Shown in pieces: positions 1 to 8,902 of a stretch of 45,842 nucleotides of DNA. Origin of the DNA: Dialister sp. UBA1703 (GTDB lineage: Bacteria; Bacillota; Negativicutes; Veillonellales; Dialisteraceae); the NCBI RefSeq assembly GCF_002320515.1, contig NZ_DCJJ01000006.1; one strand, given 5' to 3'. The notes beneath the pieces are model-generated. The model was not told the DNA's origin and made no database searches. It saw nothing but the letters and a program-made list of their open reading frames with translations. Position 1 is the stretch's first letter. Every line of letters starts with the position of its first letter. Position numbers and translations under genes: made by a program.

Positions 1-4
1 GAAC

Positions 5-194
5 ATAATTTGCAGGAGCAAAGCGACGCACAAATTATTGTGAGTCGGTGATAGCCGTGCTGTATGGAGTCGTCAGACGACTGAAAATCCAGTGAGTCGT
101 TTCCCCTGTGGGGCTATCCACAACCCTCGGCGGCAGAGCCGCCGTCAAACTTAAGAACCCTCAGGCCGAAGGCCTGTCAATCTTAAGAACCTTC
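5..194. repeat. Cluster of GC-rich mini-hairpins separated by a conserved linker repeat (REP-like element)
   Basis: Hairpins AGTCGT-CAG-ACGACT (68-82), CCCC-TGT-GGGG (103-113), CGGCGGC-AGA-GCCGCCG (128-144), CAGGCC-GAA-GGCCTG (162-176); linker TCAA(A/T)CTTAAGAACC(C/T)TC at 145-162 and 177-194; ATAATTTG/CAAATTAT inverted pair at 5-38. Confidence 0.65.
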
Positions 195-404
195 CCTCTG
201 ACCCCTCTGAATCCCGTCCCTCCATGGCCCCCACCATCCTCCACCACAGGTGGGGGATTTTTTCGTGGTGGGAAATCCCCGAATCTCTCCTTTCCACCGT
301 CCGGAGAGTTCCATTTCCTTTATAATCTTGAAATTTTCCTGTATTTATCGCACTTTCCAGAGCTGCCGGATTCCTGTTTCCTTCGCACCAAACAAACTTT
401 TCCG

Positions 405-459
405 TTGTAAGTAAGTGGGGGTATGTGGTAGAATGTGGGTAAATGTGGAGGAGGTGGAA
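405..459 (+). promoter_or_regulatory. dcw promoter with MraZ-binding GTGG direct repeats
   Basis: TTGTAA (405-410), 18 bp, extended TGnTAGAAT (426-434); GTGG at 415, 425, 435, 445, 454 (about 10 bp period), typical of MraZ operators. Confidence 0.8.
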
Positions 460-464
460 GGATT

Positions 465-902
465 ATGTTCATGAATGAGTATTCTCATACCATTGACAGC
501 AAGGGACGTATGATCCTTCCGGCCAAGTTCAGGGAGGAGCTGGGCAACAGTTTTGTGCTGGCTCCGGGACTGGATACCTGTCTCTGCATTTATCCCAGGG
601 AAAGGTGGGATGCCCTCATTGCGAGGCTTCAGAAGCTGCCTTTTACGAACCATAAGGTGAGAAAGATTATGCGTCATCTTATCGGCAGGGGGACTGAAAT
701 GGAATGTGACAAGCAGGGGAGGATTCTGATTCCCCAGCATCTGCGCGCCTTTGCACAGCTGAAGAAGGAGGCCTGCATTGTAGGTACGGGGCCTATTATC
801 GAGATCTGGGATCCGGTGCTTCTGGATGCTGATGAAAATGGCGACGAGTCTATGGCAGATATTGCAGATTCTCTGGATCTGCCGCTGAATTTTGATTTGT
901 AA
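465..902 (+). CDS. mraZ: Transcriptional regulator MraZ
   Basis: Two DxKGR motifs (IDSKGR, CDKQGR), IEIW motif; GGAGG RBS before ATG 465; first gene of the dcw cluster. Confidence 0.97.
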   Translation: MFMNEYSHTIDSKGRMILPAKFREELGNSFVLAPGLDTCLCIYPRERWDALIARLQKLPFTNHKVRKIMRHLIGRGTEMECDKQGRILIPQHLRAFAQLKKEACIVGTGPIIEIWDPVLLDADENGDESMADIADSLDLPLNFDL

Positions 903-914
903 GGGGAGGGTTTC

Positions 915-1847
915 ATGGAATTTCGTCATACTACCGTTCTTCTTCATGAAATGATTGATTCTGTGCTCACCGATCCCCATGGCATTTATGTGGACTGCAC
1001 ACTGGGCGGCGGCGGTCATTCTCTGGCTCTTTCGGAAAAGCTGGCAGATGACGGGCTCCTGATCGGCGTGGATCAGGACCAGGAGGCCATTGATGCGGCT
1101 TCTGAAAGGCTGAAGGGGACGGCGTGCTGTCATCTTTTTGTCCGTGATAATTTTTCCCATATATCGGATATTCTGTCTTCTCTGTCCATTGAGAAGGTGG
1201 ATGGATTTATTTTTGACCTGGGCGTTTCTTCCCATCAGCTGGATGACGGGGAGAGGGGATTTTCCTATATGAATAACGGGAAGCTGGATATGCGTATGGA
1301 CCGGCGGAATCCTCTCACCGCCTATGAAATCGTGAATACCTACGATGAGGAGGATTTATCCTGCATCATCAGAGAGTACGGCGAGGAGCGATGGGCAAAG
1401 CGGATCGCCCGCTTTATTGTGGATTTCCGGAAGGATAAGCCCATTGAGACCACCGATGACCTGGTGCATGTGATCAAGGCGGCCATTCCTGCCAATGCCA
1501 GAAGGAGCGGGCCCCATCCGGCAAAGCGGACTTTCCAGGCTATCCGGATTGAGGTAAACAATGAGCTGGGCATCCTGAAGGATACTATGGAGGCCTGTGT
1601 GAACCATCTGAAGGTGGGCGGAAGGCTGGGGGTCATTACGTTCCAGTCTCTGGAGGATCGGATTATCAAGAATGCTTTCCGTGAAATGGAAAGGGACTGC
1701 ATCTGTCCGCCGGATCTTCCGGTGTGCATGTGCCATCATCACAGGACGGTGAAGGGTCTGGGGAAGGCCAGAAAGCCTTCGGAAAAAGAAGTGGAGGAAA
1801 ATCCACGGGCCAGGAGCGCGGTGCTCCGGGTGGTGGAGAGAGTATAG
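915..1847 (+). CDS. rsmH: 16S rRNA m4C1402 methyltransferase RsmH (MraW)
   Basis: HTTVLL, DCTLGGGGHS, DLGVSS, RGFSY, FQAIRIEVN, NPRARSA motifs. Confidence 0.98.
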   Translation: MEFRHTTVLLHEMIDSVLTDPHGIYVDCTLGGGGHSLALSEKLADDGLLIGVDQDQEAIDAASERLKGTACCHLFVRDNFSHISDILSSLSIEKVDGFIFDLGVSSHQLDDGERGFSYMNNGKLDMRMDRRNPLTAYEIVNTYDEEDLSCIIREYGEERWAKRIARFIVDFRKDKPIETTDDLVHVIKAAIPANARRSGPHPAKRTFQAIRIEVNNELGILKDTMEACVNHLKVGGRLGVITFQSLEDRIIKNAFREMERDCICPPDLPVCMCHHHRTVKGLGKARKPSEKEVEENPRARSAVLRVVERV

Positions 1848-1899
1848 GAAACGGAAATTTCCCATGCCCTGGTGTGAATAGAATGGGGAGAGATGTTGT

Positions 1900-2322
1900 A
1901 TGGTTTCGCAGAATGTACAGATGATGGATTATATGTCATCCATGCCCCGGGGAATTGCCATCCCCCGGGAAAGAGCAAAAGAAGAGGCGTCTTCCGGAAG
2001 CCTGATTCATCATGTGGTTCTGGGGATTATTATGATTCTCCTGCCCTTTATGGTAGCCACCATTCTTCATGGTTTTAATGTGCAGGCGGAGTACAATATG
2101 CAGCAGGTGCGGGCGGAGGTCATGAGCCTTGAAAAGGAAAATTCCGTGCTGAAGCTGGAGGTTTCCCGGCTGGATGCGCCGGTTCGTATCCAGAAGATTG
2201 CGGAAACGAAGCTGGGCATGCGCCTTCCTTCAAGGAATGTGTATGGCGGCGTGGAAGGGTCCCGGCGGGGAACGCAGGTTTCTAAGGCTTCATTATCTTC
2301 TTCTCCGAAAACAGTGAGATGA
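1900..2322 (+). CDS. ftsL: Cell division protein FtsL
   Basis: Single TM segment, coiled coil, RIQKIAETKLGM motif; follows rsmH. Confidence 0.85.
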   Translation: MVSQNVQMMDYMSSMPRGIAIPRERAKEEASSGSLIHHVVLGIIMILLPFMVATILHGFNVQAEYNMQQVRAEVMSLEKENSVLKLEVSRLDAPVRIQKIAETKLGMRLPSRNVYGGVEGSRRGTQVSKASLSSSPKTVR

Positions 2323-2405
2323 TTCCGGTTTCCGGGAGACGAAGGCTGCTGCCGGATCTGTATCAGAATAGATAACTGCTTAAAAATTGAATTAAAATTA
2401 TAAAA

Positions 2406-2434
2406 AATAGCGGCCTTTTTTAAGGGCCGCTATT
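2406..2434. terminator. Terminator-like hairpin between ftsL and murE
   Basis: AATAGCGGCC-N9-GGCCGCTATT; A-run upstream, weak U tract on + strand. Confidence 0.55.
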
Positions 2435-2461
2435 GTACTTACCGGGGTTTTAAGCTATCAT
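2433..2461 (+). promoter_or_regulatory. Putative sigma-A promoter for murE
   Basis: TTGTAC-17 bp-TATCAT. Confidence 0.45.
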
Positions 2462-2503
2462 AAATAATGACGCTTAATTGAAATTGATTCAGAGGTGATC
2501 ATT

Positions 2504-4009
2504 TTGAAAACATTAAAAGAATTGATCCGTATGACTCCTGTGGAAAAAGTGACAGGCAATGCGGACATTGAGATTAAAGATGTAACGGCTGATTCCCGCA
2601 TGGTGGTGGAGGGCGGATTATTCATCTGCCTTTCCGGCGCCCATGTGGACGGCCATGATTTCGTGAAGGCTGCTGTGGAAAAGGGAGCTTCTGCCATTGT
2701 AGCTTCCAGGGAAGTGGACGTACCGTCTTCTGTGGCTGTGGTGTATGTAAAGGACACCCGGAAGGCCATGGAGGATATGGTACCCTTTTTCTTTGATTAT
2801 CCTACCCGGAAAATGCGTATGATTGCCCTCACCGGCACCAACGGCAAAACCACCACCACCCATGTGGCAGCCCACATCCTGCACCATGCAGGACATAAAA
2901 CCGGTGTTATCGGCACCATCCATGCCTTAATCGGCGATAAGGAAATCCCCACCCACAATACCACTCCTGACGTTATCGATCTGGACCGTATTCTTTCGCA
3001 GATGGCAAAGGAAGGGGTGGAATACGTGTGCATGGAAGTTTCCTCCCATTCCCTGGTGCTGGGCCGTGTGGCAGGCTGCGAATTCGATGATGCGGTTTTC
3101 ACAAACCTCACCGAAGATCATCTGGATTTCCACAAGACCATGGATAATTATGCAAAGGCCAAGGCCATTCTTTTCCATATGGTTTCTTCTAAAGGACAGA
3201 CGAAGAAGGGCAAGTCCGCCTGGGTAAACATGGACGATCCCTATGCCCATGTGATGGAGGAAGCAGTGGATGACAGAAATATCTGCACTCTTCATACCTA
3301 CAGCATGATCCATCCAACGGCAGACCTCTATGCCCATGATATTCACTTTACCGGTAAATCTTCCGCCTTCAAGGTAACCTATGAGGGAAAGGATTATGAC
3401 TTTGAAACGAAGCTGGCAGGCCGCTTCAATGTGTACAACACCCTGGGCGCCGTAGGCGCTTCCCTGTCGGAAGGGGTGGATATGGATACCATTGTGGAAG
3501 CCATGAAGGATTTCAGAAGCGTGCCCGGCCGTTTTGAACTGATTGATGAGGGCCAGCCCTTCACGGTGGTGGTGGATTATGCCCACACCCCCGACGGTCT
3601 GGAAAAGATTCTGACCACCGCCGAGGAAATCACCAAGGGCCGCATTATCGTCGTATTTGGCTGCGGCGGCGACCGGGACCGCATGAAGCGCCCCATTATG
3701 GGCCGCATTGCTGCAAGAAATGCAGATATTGCCCTGGTGACCAGCGATAATCCCCGCACCGAAGACCCTGCTTCCATTGTGAAGGAAGTGGCAGCCGGTG
3801 TGGAGGAAGTGAAGAAGGAAAAGCCTTCCCTTTCCTATGAAGTGATTGTGGACCGGAGAAGCGCTATCCGCCGGGCCATTGAACTGGCCGAGCCGGGAGA
3901 TATTGTGCTCATTGCCGGCAAGGGCCATGAAAATTACCAGATCCTGAAGGATAAGACCATTCATTTTGATGACAGGGAAGAAGCCAGAAAGGCACTGAAG
4001 GAGAAATAA
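2504..4009 (+). CDS. murE: UDP-MurNAc-tripeptide synthetase MurE (meso-DAP adding)
   Basis: TGTNGKTTT, TTPD, MEVSSH, DYAHTPD, DNPR (DAP-specific), AGKGHE; TTG start after GAGGTG. Confidence 0.97.
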   Translation: MKTLKELIRMTPVEKVTGNADIEIKDVTADSRMVVEGGLFICLSGAHVDGHDFVKAAVEKGASAIVASREVDVPSSVAVVYVKDTRKAMEDMVPFFFDYPTRKMRMIALTGTNGKTTTTHVAAHILHHAGHKTGVIGTIHALIGDKEIPTHNTTPDVIDLDRILSQMAKEGVEYVCMEVSSHSLVLGRVAGCEFDDAVFTNLTEDHLDFHKTMDNYAKAKAILFHMVSSKGQTKKGKSAWVNMDDPYAHVMEEAVDDRNICTLHTYSMIHPTADLYAHDIHFTGKSSAFKVTYEGKDYDFETKLAGRFNVYNTLGAVGASLSEGVDMDTIVEAMKDFRSVPGRFELIDEGQPFTVVVDYAHTPDGLEKILTTAEEITKGRIIVVFGCGGDRDRMKRPIMGRIAARNADIALVTSDNPRTEDPASIVKEVAAGVEEVKKEKPSLSYEVIVDRRSAIRRAIELAEPGDIVLIAGKGHENYQILKDKTIHFDDREEARKALKEK

Positions 4010-4010
4010 A

Positions 4011-5402
4011 ATGGCATCATTTACACTGGAGGAAATCGAAAAGGCAGCAGCTGCCAGGCTGATCCGGCGGGGGAATAACCCCTTTGTGGACGGTGTGAGC
4101 ACCGATACTCGCACCATCAGGGCAGGGGAGCTTTTTATCGCCCTTACCGGTGAGAATTTCAACGGCCATGCCTTCGTGAAGAAGGCGGTGGAGGCAGGCG
4201 CAGCGGCTGTCATGATTTCTGATGCGTCCTACGGGGATGGCCTGGATCCCAAGGTTACCGTATTCCTTGTGAAGGATACGAAAAAGGGACTGGAGGATGT
4301 GGCCCATTTCCACCGCATGCGTTTCCACGTGCCTGTAATCGGTGTCACCGGCTCCAACGGGAAGACCACCACCAAGGATATGATTACCGCCATCCTTTCC
4401 ACCCGCTTGCATGTGACTGCCACGCAGAAGAATTTCAATAATGAAATCGGCCTTTCCATGACTCTTCTTTCCATGACAGGAGATACGGAGGTCTGTGTGG
4501 TGGAAATGGGCATGCGGGGCTTCGGACAGATTAAGGAACTCTGCCATATTGCTTCTCCCACCATGGGGGTGGTGACCAATGTAGGCACTTCCCACATTGG
4601 CATCCTGGGAAGCCAGGATAATATTGCCAAAGCGAAGAAAGAACTGATCGATGCCCTTCCTGCCGACGGCACGGCCATCCTGAACGGCGACGATGAAAGA
4701 GTGTGCGCCATGGGAAAAGGCTTTGCAGGCCGGGTCATCCGCTACGGCCTCAATGGCCGGTATACGGTCAGGGGCAGCGATGTGCGCTATGAAGAGGAAG
4801 ACACAAGATATACCTGCACCTGCTTTGATGAAGCTTTCAAGGTGAAGCTCCATCTTCTGGGGGTGCATAATGTGTATGATGCCCTGGCTGCCACAGCGGC
4901 CTGCCGGGTGCTGGGCGTGGATACAGAGAAAATCCAGCGGGCCCTCGGCGATTTCCGCCCTGCCGGACAGCGGCAGGCTGTGGAAACCATTGACGGCATT
5001 ACCGTGCTGGATGATTCCTATAATGCCAACCCCCTTTCCATGGAGATGGCCTTCCGTTCTGCGAAACAGATGGCAGGAAAACACTATTTCCTTGTGCTGG
5101 GAGATATGGGCGAACTGGGCCGCTTTGAGGAAAAGCTCCATTATGAAACAGGCCTTACGGCAGCGAAAATCGGATTTGACGGCCTTATCACCGTAGGCCC
5201 GCTTTCCCGTTTCCTTGCCAAAGGCGCGGAAGAAGGAGGCATGCAGGTGGTCCATACCTGCGATACCTGCGGGGAAGCGGCGGAAGAGCTTAAGAAATTG
5301 GCCGGCCCCGGCGACGTGGTGCTTGTGAAAGGTTCCCATTACATGCATATGGAAACGATTCCTGCGATTCTGAGGGGAGCTATGGGAAAGAATGGAAAGT
5401 AA
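4011..5402 (+). CDS. murF: UDP-MurNAc-pentapeptide synthetase MurF
   Basis: TGSNGKTTTKD, NNEIG, EMGM, DDSYNANP, LGDMGELG, LVKGS. Confidence 0.97.
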   Translation: MASFTLEEIEKAAAARLIRRGNNPFVDGVSTDTRTIRAGELFIALTGENFNGHAFVKKAVEAGAAAVMISDASYGDGLDPKVTVFLVKDTKKGLEDVAHFHRMRFHVPVIGVTGSNGKTTTKDMITAILSTRLHVTATQKNFNNEIGLSMTLLSMTGDTEVCVVEMGMRGFGQIKELCHIASPTMGVVTNVGTSHIGILGSQDNIAKAKKELIDALPADGTAILNGDDERVCAMGKGFAGRVIRYGLNGRYTVRGSDVRYEEEDTRYTCTCFDEAFKVKLHLLGVHNVYDALAATAACRVLGVDTEKIQRALGDFRPAGQRQAVETIDGITVLDDSYNANPLSMEMAFRSAKQMAGKHYFLVLGDMGELGRFEEKLHYETGLTAAKIGFDGLITVGPLSRFLAKGAEEGGMQVVHTCDTCGEAAEELKKLAGPGDVVLVKGSHYMHMETIPAILRGAMGKNGK

Positions 5403-6357
5403 TTACTTGGTTTACCTTGCGGAATCGGCAGCGCTTACTGTGATTCTTGGATTTTTTGCCATTCCGCTTCTTAAAAAATTAAAAGCCCGCCAGTCCATCC
5501 GGGAAGAAGGGCCCAAGTCCCACCGCGTGAAGAACGGGACCCCCACCATGGGCGGCCTTTTCATGCTGCTGGCAGCGGTGCTTGTAGTGATTTTCAATAA
5601 AATGATTGACCCTTCCGTGCTCTGGCTCCTTTTCCTTACCCTGGGACATGGGGTGCTGGGCTTTCTTGATGATTTCATCAAGGCGGAGAAAAAAAGAAAT
5701 CTGGGACTTACGGCAAAGCAGAAAATGCTGGGACAGATCATTCTGGCCGTTCTTTTCTGCTGGGGCGTGGTAGATACCCTTCATCTGCCCTATTCCATTG
5801 CCATTCCCTTTACAAATATGGATATTTCCATCGGACTTCTGTACTATCCCTTCGTGGTCCTTGTCATTGTAGGCGCGTCCAATGCGGTAAACCTGACAGA
5901 CGGCCTTGACGGGCTGGCTTCCGGCTGCTGCGTCATTGCCTTTTCCGCCTATGCGCTGTACTGCTATATGACCGGTTTCAACGATCTGGGGTATTTCATC
6001 ATTATTCTGGCAGGCGCCTGCATCGGCTTCCTTTTCTTCAACTACCATCCCGCCAAGATTTTCATGGGGGACACCGGTTCCCTGGCTCTGGGCGGCGCCA
6101 TTGCAGGTATTTCCGTTATGACCAGGACAGAGCTCCTTCTTATTTTCCTGGGCATGATTTTCGTACTGGAAGCGCTTTCCGTCATTATCCAGGTGGCTTC
6201 CTTCCAGCTCACCGGGAAAAGGGTGTTCAAAATGAGCCCTCTTCACCATCATTTCGAGCTCTGCGGATGGAGCGAGGTCTATGTGGTATGGGCTTTCTGG
6301 ATTTTTGAGGGGATTGCGGCCTGCGTGAGCCTGCTTCTGGCTATCAGGGCTTTATAA
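5392..6357 (+). CDS. mraY: Phospho-MurNAc-pentapeptide transferase MraY
   Basis: GTPTMGG, DD, NAVNLTDGLDGL, FMGDTGS, PLHHHFEL; multi-TM. Confidence 0.98.
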   Translation: MESNYLVYLAESAALTVILGFFAIPLLKKLKARQSIREEGPKSHRVKNGTPTMGGLFMLLAAVLVVIFNKMIDPSVLWLLFLTLGHGVLGFLDDFIKAEKKRNLGLTAKQKMLGQIILAVLFCWGVVDTLHLPYSIAIPFTNMDISIGLLYYPFVVLVIVGASNAVNLTDGLDGLASGCCVIAFSAYALYCYMTGFNDLGYFIIILAGACIGFLFFNYHPAKIFMGDTGSLALGGAIAGISVMTRTELLLIFLGMIFVLEALSVIIQVASFQLTGKRVFKMSPLHHHFELCGWSEVYVVWAFWIFEGIAACVSLLLAIRAL

Positions 6358-6420
6358 GACCATTCATCTCTGTGCTTTTGAACTGTCAGGCTGCTGCCTG
6401 ATTCCATGGGGAGGTAAATT

Positions 6421-7770
6421 ATGAAAAGTGTATTGATTCTCGGCGCGGGCATCAGCGGTTTGGGAGCTGCTCATGTGCTTCTCCGCCATAATGTGAAAGT
6501 GCTGATTTCCGATTTAAAAGATTCCATCCATGACAGGAAGGAAAAGGATGCATTAACGGAATTGGGCGCGTCCTTTAGATTCGGTCCCCATTCCCTGGAT
6601 CTTCTTAACGGCGTGGATACGGTGGTTGTGTCTCCGGTTATTCCAAGGGAAAATCCGGTGGTGGCTGAGGCCTTTAAACGGCATATGGATGTGATCAGTG
6701 AAGTGGAACTGGCCTACCGGGTGACAAAGGCGCCTATTCTGGCCATTACCGGCACCAACGGCAAAACCACCACCACCACCCTTCTTGGCAGCATGGTCAG
6801 CAAAAGCGGCAGGCCCTTTGCCCTGGCAGGGAATCTTGGCATTTCCCTCAGCCGGGAAGCGGAGCTTGTACCGGCAGACGGTGTGATTGCCGCTGAAGTT
6901 TCCAGTTTCCAGCTGGAATTCATTAAAATCTTCAAGCCCAGGGCCGCCGTAATTTTAAACATTACGCCGGACCATCTGGAAAGGCACCACACCATGGAAG
7001 CCTATGTGGCTGCCAAGGCAAGAATTTTTGAAAATATGGATGAATCGGACTGCCTCCTTCTGAATGCCGAAGATTCCTATACGCCGGAGCTTAAAAAGCA
7101 GGCGGAAACCCATACCCATGTATGCCTCCTTTCCACCCGCCATGCAGTGGAAGAGGGCGCTTTCCTTGACGGGGATGTGCTGGTCATCCGCAGACAGGGG
7201 AAGGGAATCCGTCTTCTGCACACAGGTGAAATGAAACTCAAGGGGCTGCAGAATTATGAAGATGCCCTGGCTGCTTCCTTCCTGGCCTATGAAGGGGGAG
7301 TGCCGGTGGATGTCATCGTTTCCGTGCTGAAGGATTTCACCTCCCTTCCTAACCGCATTGAATATGTACGCACCCTTCATGATGTGGAATATTACAACGA
7401 TTCCAAGGCTACCAATACGGACGCTGCGGAAAAGGGGATGAGCGCCTTCGGTAAACCGGTAATCCTTATTGCCGGCGGCTATGACAAGGGAACGCCCCTT
7501 GAAGAATTCATGGAGGAAGTGAAGAAACATACAAAGCATCTGATTCTCCTGGGCGCGGCAGCTGACCGCTTTGAAAAGGAAGCAAAAAAAGCGGGAGTTT
7601 CTTCCATTCACCGGGTGTCTTCCATGAGAGAAGCGGTTATGACCGGACAGAAACTGGCTGAAGCAGGGGATATTGTCATCCTTTCACCTGCCTGCTCTTC
7701 CTTTGACATGTACCACAACATGGAAGAACGGGGCATGGATTTCAAACGTATTGTTAAAAGTCTGACCTGA
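6421..7770 (+). CDS. murD: UDP-MurNAc-L-Ala:D-Glu ligase MurD
   Basis: ITGTNGKTTT, EVSSFQL, NDSKATN, LSPACSSFD. Confidence 0.97.
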   Translation: MKSVLILGAGISGLGAAHVLLRHNVKVLISDLKDSIHDRKEKDALTELGASFRFGPHSLDLLNGVDTVVVSPVIPRENPVVAEAFKRHMDVISEVELAYRVTKAPILAITGTNGKTTTTTLLGSMVSKSGRPFALAGNLGISLSREAELVPADGVIAAEVSSFQLEFIKIFKPRAAVILNITPDHLERHHTMEAYVAAKARIFENMDESDCLLLNAEDSYTPELKKQAETHTHVCLLSTRHAVEEGAFLDGDVLVIRRQGKGIRLLHTGEMKLKGLQNYEDALAASFLAYEGGVPVDVIVSVLKDFTSLPNRIEYVRTLHDVEYYNDSKATNTDAAEKGMSAFGKPVILIAGGYDKGTPLEEFMEEVKKHTKHLILLGAAADRFEKEAKKAGVSSIHRVSSMREAVMTGQKLAEAGDIVILSPACSSFDMYHNMEERGMDFKRIVKSLT

Positions 7771-7780
7771 CGGGGGAGTT

Positions 7781-8902
7781 ATGAAACGAATTATTCTATC
7801 CGGCGGCGGCACCGGCGGTCATATCTATCCCGCCATCACCATCGCCCGGGAGCTTTCCAAACTGGAGGATGTGGAGTTCCTCTTCGTAGGCACTCCAAGG
7901 GGCATGGAGTCCAGAATCGTTCCGAAGGAAGGGTTCCAATTCGCCTCCATTCCCGCCTATGGCCTGAAGCGTTCCTTCACGCCGAAGAATCTTGCCATCC
8001 TTATGAAAACCGCAGGCAGCCTTTTCAAGGCAAGGTCCATTCTGAAACAGTTCAAACCGGATGTGGTGATCGGAACCGGCGGATACGTGTGCGGCCCCAT
8101 CCTCATGGCGGCGGCGCTCTCCCACATTCCCACCCTAATCCAGGAGCAGAATGTGATTCCCGGCATTACCAATAAAATCCTCTCCCATGTGGTAGATACC
8201 ATTGCTCTTGGCTACGAGGACGCTAAAATGCGCTTTCCCCGTCCGGAGAAATGCGTGTATACAGGAAATCCCATCCGCCCCGACATTATTGAGGCGAAAA
8301 GGGAGGAAGCCCGCCGCGAGCTGGGCATTTCACCGGACACCTTCATGGTGCTCATCACAGGCGGCAGCCGGGGCGCCCGCTCCATCAACACAGCCATGGA
8401 AGGGGTGCACCGCCATTTCAAAGATGACAGTCACCTCTGCCTTTACCATGTTACGGGCACCCTGGAATATGATAAAATAATAGAGGCGCTGCACGCCGAC
8501 AAAGACGGCAGGGTAGGGAAGGCAGGACGGATTATAAAGTACGAGTACCACATGCCCCGGGCCCTGGCTGCGGCGGATCTCATCATCTGCCGTGCCGGTG
8601 CGGTGAGTCTGGCGGAACTGGCAGCCCGCGGGCTGCCGGCCATCCTCATTCCCTATCCCTATGCAGCAGAAGATCACCAGACCTTCAATGCCCGGGTCTT
8701 TGTAGCGGCGGGAGCTGCCAAAATGATTGTTGACAAGTATCTCACCGATAAGGAACTGATCCAGGATATTTCCTATCTGAAGGAAACACCGTCCACACTG
8801 CGCAGCATGTCTGATGCATCCGCAGGGCTTGGAAAAATCCATGCCGGCAGGGATATTGCCCGTCTGGCACTTCAGCTTGCTGAAAAAAGGGGGCACAAGT
8901 GA
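7781..8902 (+). CDS. murG: Lipid II GlcNAc transferase MurG
   Basis: GGGTGGH, GTGGYV, EQN, GNPIR, GGSRGA, RAGA, DHQ. Confidence 0.98.
   Translation: MKRIILSGGGTGGHIYPAITIARELSKLEDVEFLFVGTPRGMESRIVPKEGFQFASIPAYGLKRSFTPKNLAILMKTAGSLFKARSILKQFKPDVVIGTGGYVCGPILMAAALSHIPTLIQEQNVIPGITNKILSHVVDTIALGYEDAKMRFPRPEKCVYTGNPIRPDIIEAKREEARRELGISPDTFMVLITGGSRGARSINTAMEGVHRHFKDDSHLCLYHVTGTLEYDKIIEALHADKDGRVGKAGRIIKYEYHMPRALAAADLIICRAGAVSLAELAARGLPAILIPYPYAAEDHQTFNARVFVAAGAAKMIVDKYLTDKELIQDISYLKETPSTLRSMSDASAGLGKIHAGRDIARLALQLAEKRGHK

Noticed and set aside
122-194. CRISPR array interpretation of the linker/hairpin repeat
   Set aside because: Only two full linkers of about 17 bp, inserts of 15-17 bp that are self-complementary, and no cas genes
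108-410. 100-aa ORF upstream of mraZ
   Set aside because: Runs across hairpin repeats and the promoter region; Pro-rich, low complexity, no RBS
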